Positions 6,795-11,683 of a stretch of DNA of 11,683 bases are shown here, piece after piece. Position 1 is the stretch's first letter. Every line of letters starts with the position of its first letter. The translations under genes were made by a program, and so were the position numbers. The notes below the pieces were generated by a model, which was not told the DNA's origin, did no database searches, and worked only from the letters and a program-made list of their open reading frames with translations. The DNA comes from Candidatus Micrarchaeota archaeon (lineage in GTDB: Archaea > B1Sed10-29 > JAJRYS01): assembly GCA_964496415.1 (NCBI GenBank), contig CAZBZN010000023.1:1-11683 (forward strand), written 5' to 3'.

Positions 6795-7214
6795 TCAAGC
6801 TATTGGCAGTGGAGGGTATTCCTGATATTCTCTTACCTTTTTTATTGTTTTCTCAGCTTTCTTAATAAGCTTTGACAATCTCTTCCTTAGTTTTAAAAAC
6901 CTTTCAATAGTTTTTTTCTTTTCTTTAATCACTTTAGTAGGTGACTTTTTGCTCACGTAAGCTTGTTTAAGTCCTTCAACAAGCTCGGAAAATTCCAAGT
7001 ACAATGAATTAAATTCAAGGATAAGCAAGTCACTTTCAATAACCAAGCCGTTTATTTCTTTTCTCATTTCAGGAGGATAATTAGAAGACAACGCATAATA
7101 TTTTAAAATAATATCTCTTGATTGAGTTAAAGCATCATAAGCCTCGTTAATTGCTTGAATGCTTACTCCTATTTTTTTCAAAATGAACAACTCAACTTCC
7201 TGCTCAGCTTTCAT
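6795..7214 (-). CDS. Hypothetical all-alpha (helical bundle) protein, basic C-terminal helix
   Basis: 139 aa. ATG overlaps the end of the HIT gene by 11 nt, with SD-like GAGGCGA upstream. Heptad pattern. Confidence 0.8.
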   Translation of the reverse strand: MKAEQEVELFILKKIGVSIQAINEAYDALTQSRDIILKYYALSSNYPPEMRKEINGLVIESDLLILEFNSLYLEFSELVEGLKQAYVSKKSPTKVIKEKKKTIERFLKLRKRLSKLIKKAEKTIKKVREYQEYPPLPIA

Positions 7215-7599
7215 TATTTTCGCCTCTTAAAAGAGCTCCGAACTTTTTCAAGTACTCTTCGCTTGCTTTCTCACCTGGCTTTATGTTCAAGTATCCTTTT
7301 TTCACAGGGTAAAGTTTTACATGCACGTGAGGTACTTCAAACCCCTCAATGACAAGACAAGTCCTCGTAGGCTTTATTTTTTCATCAAGAATGTTTGCTA
7401 CTTTCTTAGCTGAATCCATTAGCTTACGATAATCCTCGTCAGGCATTGTGAAAATGTACTCGTAATGCTTTTTTGGAATGACTAAAACTTGTCCTTCACA
7501 AGCTGGGTAAAGGTCAAGAAAAGCTACTGAAAACTCATCCTCATAAATTATTTCTGCTGGGATTTCCTTGTTCACTATCTTGCAGAAAATGCATTCCAT
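7204..7599 (-). CDS. HIT (histidine triad) family protein, variant motif HVHVK
   Basis: N-terminal CIFC, AFLDxxP..GQVLVIPKKH, and GFEVPHVHVKLYP at the triad position. TATA TTTTTATA (7630-7623) at leaderless spacing. Confidence 0.9.
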   Translation of the reverse strand: MECIFCKIVNKEIPAEIIYEDEFSVAFLDLYPACEGQVLVIPKKHYEYIFTMPDEDYRKLMDSAKKVANILDEKIKPTRTCLVIEGFEVPHVHVKLYPVKKGYLNIKPGEKASEEYLKKFGALLRGENNES

Positions 7600-7642
7600 G
7601 GTTTTATGAAAAGAATTAGAAGTATAAAAACCCTAATGCAGT

Positions 7643-7882
7643 TCATTTTCCTACTATTATTATGTCTTTTACTGACTTTACTCTTTTGTACATTATGCTT
7701 TTCTTTTGAAGGAGTTTTGCTAGTTCTTCTTTGTTAGGTGAAAGCATCCTTAAGGGTTCTGTGGTGATTCTGACGACTTCCCCTGTTTCCATGTTTATTA
7801 TCAAATCATAAGCTTTTCCAATGTATTCTCCTTTATCATCATAAATGCTTAACCCATAAATCCTTGAAACTGGAATGCTCAT
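7643..7882 (-). CDS. PRC-barrel domain protein (possible CdpB-like cell division protein)
   Basis: VSRIYGLSIYDDKGEYIGKAYDLIINMETGEV...IMYKRVKSVKDIIIV is a typical single PRC barrel. SD GGTGAGG and TATA TTTAAAAA (7923-7916) upstream. Confidence 0.85.
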   Translation of the reverse strand: MSIPVSRIYGLSIYDDKGEYIGKAYDLIINMETGEVVRITTEPLRMLSPNKEELAKLLQKKSIMYKRVKSVKDIIIVGK

Positions 7883-7996
7883 AACCTCACCAAACTAAGG
7901 TAAAGCAATAATGGTTTTTAAACTTTTCTTTAACTCAGTTTGTTTTGTGAAAGTTTTAAATAAGTGTTGGTTGTTAATTCAACAAAGGGGATTACT

Positions 7997-8518
7997 ATGG
8001 ATTTTTGGAAGAAAAGAAAGAAGAAACCAGAAGATCCTTTTGAAGAAATCAACAGGATGATGAATGAGTTCATGAAAAACTTGATGGACAGTGATTTTTC
8101 AAAACTTTTTGATGAAGAATTGTTTGAAAAGCTAGAGCCAGGAAAGCCTGCTGTTTATGGTTTTTCAATAAAAGTAGGGCCTGAGGGAAAACTTAAGATT
8201 GACAAGTTTGGTAATATTGAGCCAAAAGAAGAAGAAATTGAAATCCGTGACGAGAGAGAACCATTAGTGGACGTCATTGAAAAAGACAAAGAAATAACAA
8301 TTCTTGCAGAGCTTCCTGGAGTAAGCAAGAAAGACATTGACATTCATGTTACTAAAGATAAAGAGCACTTGGTTATCAGGGTTCCTGGAAAGTTCTACAA
8401 GAAACTAAAGCTTCCTGCAAAGGTTTTTTCAAAGCTTGGGAAAGCACATTACAAGAACGGAGTGCTTGAAGTTAACTTGAAGAAAAAACAATCCCGTGGC
8501 AGGATAAAAGTTGAATGA
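7997..8518 (+). CDS. hsp20: Archaeal-type small heat shock protein Hsp20
   Basis: Archaeal Hsp20 motif PAVYGFSIKVGPEGK...FGN, plus REPLVDV, AELPGV, YKNGVLEV and C-terminal IKV. Start moved from GTG 7964 to ATG 7997, which follows a GGGGAT SD. Confidence 0.9.
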   Translation: MDFWKKRKKKPEDPFEEINRMMNEFMKNLMDSDFSKLFDEELFEKLEPGKPAVYGFSIKVGPEGKLKIDKFGNIEPKEEEIEIRDEREPLVDVIEKDKEITILAELPGVSKKDIDIHVTKDKEHLVIRVPGKFYKKLKLPAKVFSKLGKAHYKNGVLEVNLKKKQSRGRIKVE

Positions 8519-8528
8519 AGGGATTTTC

Positions 8529-8891
8529 TTGGAATGTGAGGTCTGCGGAAGAAAGACAAAAGACCTTAAGCTTGTGATGATTGAAGGAGCAGCAGTTTAC
8601 GCTTGCCCTTCATGTGCTGCTGGAAAACTTGAAGCAAGACAACCGATAGTCAGAGTTCGTAAAGTGACTAAAAAGCCAGTACAAGAAGAGGAAGATAAGC
8701 TGTTGATAATTGATTATGGTAAAGTGATTCAAAAAGCAGCTCAAGCAAAAGGACTTACAGTAGAAGAGCTTGCTAAAAGAGTAGGTGAAAGCGAGTCAAC
8801 CATGCGGAAGATAATCCATGAAAAACTAACACCTACTGAAAAAACAGCTGCCAAACTTGAAAAACTGCTTGGAATAAAGCTCTATGAGTGA
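8529..8891 (+). CDS. mbf1: Archaeal multiprotein bridging factor 1 (Zn-ribbon + Cro-like HTH)
   Basis: CEVCG...IEGA...CPSC zinc ribbon, then DYGKVIQKA...GLTVEELAKRVGESES...KLEKLLGIKL. Likely start TTG 8529 (MECEVCG) after AAGGGAT; the track start is 8511. Confidence 0.88.
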   Translation: MECEVCGRKTKDLKLVMIEGAAVYACPSCAAGKLEARQPIVRVRKVTKKPVQEEEDKLLIIDYGKVIQKAAQAKGLTVEELAKRVGESESTMRKIIHEKLTPTEKTAAKLEKLLGIKLYE

Positions 8892-10123
8892 ATTACATGC
8901 TGTTCTGGATTATTCTCTTAATGTTCTTAGTAGTCATTCCTCTTATTTTTTTCAAATTTAAAGGCTTTGACGTTGAAGGAGTATTCGTGTTATGGCGTAC
9001 TAAGAAATGCCTTGGGTTGATTAAAAAACTCTCAGCTTATAGGTTTTTTACCATGCTTGCTGATTTAGGGATAGTTTTTTCCTTTGGGTTGCTGGGAGCC
9101 TTGTTTTTCTCAAAGAAAAAACCACTTTACTCAATAAAACTTTACTTAACATTCCTTGGGTTAGGGACTTTCTTGGCTTTTCCAGGAATCATAAACTTTA
9201 TTGGTTCAAGAAGCTTAGTTGTTTTCTCCCTTTACTTTTTTGGTTTCGCAGGATTCTCTGTTTATTATTTAGCTGCTGGAGCATGGTTGATAATCATGCA
9301 GTACTTGCAAGGTTCAACTCCTGTCCCAATGATCCAGCCTATAATCCCAGGAGTAAGCATTCCAGGAGCTCCTGTGCAAAAAATCCCAATAGAAGCTTTG
9401 GTTGGATTAGTCATCCTAGTGATAGTGCATGAGTTTTCTCATGCAATAGTTGCTTTAAGGGAAAAAATAAAAGTAAAATCAGTTGGGTTAGTTACTGTTG
9501 GCTTGATTCCAATAGGAGCATTCGCAGAGCCAGATGAAAAACAAATGAAAAAAACCAAGAAGGAGAAAAGAATGAGAGTGTATGCAGCTGGGTCTATGGC
9601 TAATTTTTCCTTAGCATTACTCTTAATACCAGTGCTTGCAGGTTTTCAATTATTCATTCTTCCAGGAGTTTCTGAAAGCTCTTATTTAAGAGTTCTTGAA
9701 GTTCATGAGGGGTCTCCTGCTTTCAAAGCAGGAATAAAACCAGGCATGATAATCTATAACAAAGAAATAGGATACTTGAAAAAGAACCCGTTTCAGGAAG
9801 TTACTTTAGTAACTGACAAAGGAAACTTTACTGTAAAAGCAAATGCTTCTGGAATGATAGGAATAATCTTCACCCAAGAAGTCAGGCAATGGTCAAAAGA
9901 ATGGCTTGAACTAGAAGCTTTCATAATCCTAAACTGGGCTTACTTGTTGAACCTTTTTGTTGGAATGTTTAACTGTCTTCCATTAGGAATGCTTGATGGG
10001 GCAAGAATTCTTGAAGATTTAATCCCAGGGAAAAAACCAACAAGAAAGAAAATAGTCAAAGCAACAAGCTTAATCATACTCATTCTAATAGTGATAGGAG
10101 TAATCCCTTATTTCATAAAATGA
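8888..10123 (+). CDS. Site-2 protease (M50 intramembrane metalloprotease) with PDZ-like insert
   Basis: HEFSH zinc motif, GAFAEPDE, AAGSMAN, NCLPLGMLDG, multiple hydrophobic segments and PDZ-like VHEGSPAFKAGIKPG. The start overlaps the mbf1 stop (GTGA). Confidence 0.92.
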   Translation: MNYMLFWIILLMFLVVIPLIFFKFKGFDVEGVFVLWRTKKCLGLIKKLSAYRFFTMLADLGIVFSFGLLGALFFSKKKPLYSIKLYLTFLGLGTFLAFPGIINFIGSRSLVVFSLYFFGFAGFSVYYLAAGAWLIIMQYLQGSTPVPMIQPIIPGVSIPGAPVQKIPIEALVGLVILVIVHEFSHAIVALREKIKVKSVGLVTVGLIPIGAFAEPDEKQMKKTKKEKRMRVYAAGSMANFSLALLLIPVLAGFQLFILPGVSESSYLRVLEVHEGSPAFKAGIKPGMIIYNKEIGYLKKNPFQEVTLVTDKGNFTVKANASGMIGIIFTQEVRQWSKEWLELEAFIILNWAYLLNLFVGMFNCLPLGMLDGARILEDLIPGKKPTRKKIVKATSLIILILIVIGVIPYFIK

Positions 10124-10138
10124 AAGAATAAGAATCAA

Positions 10139-10166
10139 CAGGCGAGGTGACGCCTGCAGGTTTTTT
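10139..10166 (+). terminator. Putative terminator hairpin between the convergent S2P and ftsZ genes
   Basis: CAGGCG-aggtga-CGCCTG (6-bp GC-rich stem) followed by CAGG and T6. Confidence 0.5.
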
Positions 10167-11236
10167 CAAATAAAAGAGATTCCAAGGGTTTCATCAAGAG
10201 CCTTTGCTTTTGACCCTGCTGCAAGACCCTCTGTCATTGGCCCTTTAATGTGAGCGCTTTGCACTCCAGTCATTATAGCTATTACTTCCACTTTGCCCTC
10301 GTATTCTGGGACAATCCTAGCACCCCAAATCACTGTAGCTGAAGGGTCTATTGCTTCTGTTAGCCTCTCACCAATCTCATTAGCTTCTCCAAGAGTCAAG
10401 TCAGTACCACCAGTGATGTGAATCAAGCAACCCTTTGCTCCAGTGTAATCAACATCCAAGAGGCTGTTCCTAAGAGTGTCTTCTACTACTTCTTCTACTC
10501 TCTGATGTCCTCTTGCTTCTCCAACGCTTATTACTGAAACTCCACCTTGAGTCATTATGCTTCTTACGTCAGCGTAATCCAAGTTAATGAGTGACGGGGT
10601 TGTTATTGTTTCAGTTATTCCCTTGACAGCTCTTGAAATAACTTCGTCAGCTACGCTGAAAGCCTGTTCTATTGGCAGGTTAGGAACTAACTCAACCAAC
10701 CTGTTGTTGTCAATTATTATCACAGTATCAGCTACCTTCCTCAATTTTTGAATTCCTTCATCTGCTTTAAGAAGTCTTGCTCTTTCAAGCTTGAAAGGAT
10801 AAGTAACCATTGCTATTACTATTGCTCCTTGTTCTTTAGCAATGTCAGCAATTATAGGAGCAGCTCCTGTTCCAGTTCCTCCACCCATTCCAGCAGTTAT
10901 AAAAACCATGTCAGCTCCATCAAGAGCTTGTGAAAGAGTAGCTCTTGAAACTTCAGCTGCTTTTGCTCCTACTTCAGGATAGCCTCCTGCTCCTAACCCT
11001 CTTGTAACACTTTGACCAATAAGCAGTTTTTTAACAGCATCATGAATCAAAGTCAAGTGTTGTTTGTCAGTGTTAACAGCAATCAACTCTGCGCCAGAAA
11101 CTCCTAGTCTTGCCATCCTGTTTAAAGTGTTGTTCCCTGCTCCACCTACTCCAACAACAACGATTCTTGGTCCCTCGGCTAAGCCGTGTATTGGTTTTTG
11201 TTCAGATGTTATAGCATTCCTAACTATTGACTCCAC
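10166..11236 (-). CDS. ftsZ: Cell division protein FtsZ (FtsZ2 type)
   Basis: [30 protein letters not shown] and T7 loop [18 protein letters not shown] and PFKLERAR resemble haloarchaeal FtsZ2 as I recall it. Likely start GTG 11236, 5 nt after SD GAGGTGA; the track start is 11245. Confidence 0.95.
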   Translation of the reverse strand: MESIVRNAITSEQKPIHGLAEGPRIVVVGVGGAGNNTLNRMARLGVSGAELIAVNTDKQHLTLIHDAVKKLLIGQSVTRGLGAGGYPEVGAKAAEVSRATLSQALDGADMVFITAGMGGGTGTGAAPIIADIAKEQGAIVIAMVTYPFKLERARLLKADEGIQKLRKVADTVIIIDNNRLVELVPNLPIEQAFSVADEVISRAVKGITETITTPSLINLDYADVRSIMTQGGVSVISVGEARGHQRVEEVVEDTLRNSLLDVDYTGAKGCLIHITGGTDLTLGEANEIGERLTEAIDPSATVIWGARIVPEYEGKVEVIAIMTGVQSAHIKGPMTEGLAAGSKAKALDETLGISFI

Positions 11237-11270
11237 AAGCGTCACCTCATTCTAAATTGAAGCCATTCTA

Positions 11271-11347
11271 ATATAAAAGCTTTTCCTGAAAATAAGCAAC
11301 CAAAAGCACTTTTTTGAATTGAATACTTTCAAACTCAAGCTTAAAAA
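11271..11347. promoter_or_regulatory. Divergent promoters for ftsZ (minus) and SRP RNA (plus)
   Basis: Minus-strand TTTTATAT at 11278-11271 preceded by GAAAAGC. Plus-strand TTAAAAA at 11341-11347, 24 nt before the SRP RNA 5' end. Confidence 0.55.
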
Positions 11348-11370
11348 CAACAAAAACAATTAAAATTAAC

Positions 11371-11649
11371 GGGCAGGAGATAGGCTGGGGGAGTAGCAGT
11401 CCCCTGTAACTCCAAACCTGCTTAGGGAGAGCCGAAGCTGTCAGGGCGTTGTCTTTCTCTTAGCATCATGCGCTTCCTGGCAACAATGACCCTCTGTCCT
11501 AATGGACTCAGCTTGCTGGGAACCTGGTCAGGGCGGGAACGCAGCAGCCATAACCAGTAAGCTGGGTGTCTTTAGGGTAGCAGAGGAGAGAAGCCAGGAA
11601 GAAAAGCAGGTGCTAAGGGAGACAGCCACCTGACAGCGTTCTCCTGCCC
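11371..11649 (+). ncRNA. ffs: Archaeal signal recognition particle (7S) RNA
   Basis: Helix 1 GGGCAGGAGA (11371-80) / TCTCCTGCCC (11640-49). Alu domain with GGGG/CCCC, TGTAAC, CTCC/GGAG and complementary loops AGCAG/CTGCT. Long helix 5 (GCTGTCAGG/CCTGACAGC etc.). Helix 8 GGTCAGG-GCG-GGAA-CGC-AGCAGCC. Confidence 0.95.
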
Positions 11650-11683
11650 ACAAACCGCGTGCGGTTTACGGACAGGGGATTTC

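Noticed and set aside
7964..7996. Track start of the second hsp20 at GTG 7964
   Set aside because: It lies only 2 nt after the TATA candidate. ATG 7997 has an SD and gives an MDF start like the other hsp20.
6000..8343. ORFs 6000..6191, 7155..7352 and 8155..8343
   Set aside because: Antisense overlaps of the hsp20, HIT and helical-protein genes.
10748..11255. ORFs 10748..10933 and 11064..11255
   Set aside because: Antisense to ftsZ.
11313..11333. Inverted repeat TTTGAA-N9-TTCAAA between the ftsZ and SRP promoters
   Set aside because: Six-bp AT-rich arms are expected by chance in this composition.
11668..11683. Possible tRNA 3' end on the minus strand (GAAATCCCCTGTCCGT)
   Set aside because: Only 16 nt are visible and they do not fit the TTCRAAT-C T-loop register. 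It cannot be supported without flanking sequence.
1..11683. Mobile element or provirus
   Set aside because: No transposase, integrase, capsid gene, terminal repeats or att sites were recognised. Most genes are housekeeping.

Overview
AT-rich, densely packed archaeal chromosome segment. Evidence for the domain: an FtsZ2-type ftsZ, archaeal MBF1, archaeal Hsp20, an Alu-containing SRP RNA, TATA-box promoters with several apparently leaderless genes, and GGTGA/GAGG ribosome-binding sites. The compact layout fits a DPANN-type or other small archaeal genome, but that assignment is inference. Left to right: a CxxC-x9-CxxC hypothetical; an 838-aa Lys/Arg-rich protein built from seven tandem ~62-70 aa modules (A-B-A-B-A-C-C) with HTH-like signatures; a COG2403 P-loop enzyme (ArcE/arginine synthetase-like); an archaeal AAA+ ATPase-DUF234 nuclease-like protein; Hsp20; a minus-strand operon (variant HIT protein, two apparently paralogous helical proteins, and a 57-aa face-to-face-type histone missed by the ORF track); a PRC-barrel protein; an hsp20-mbf1-site-2 protease operon; ftsZ2; and a 279-nt SRP RNA that appears to lack helix 6. 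The best novelty candidates are the modular repeat protein, the HIT/helical-pair/histone operon and the helix-6-less SRP RNA. All family calls come from recognising motifs by eye; no searches were run.
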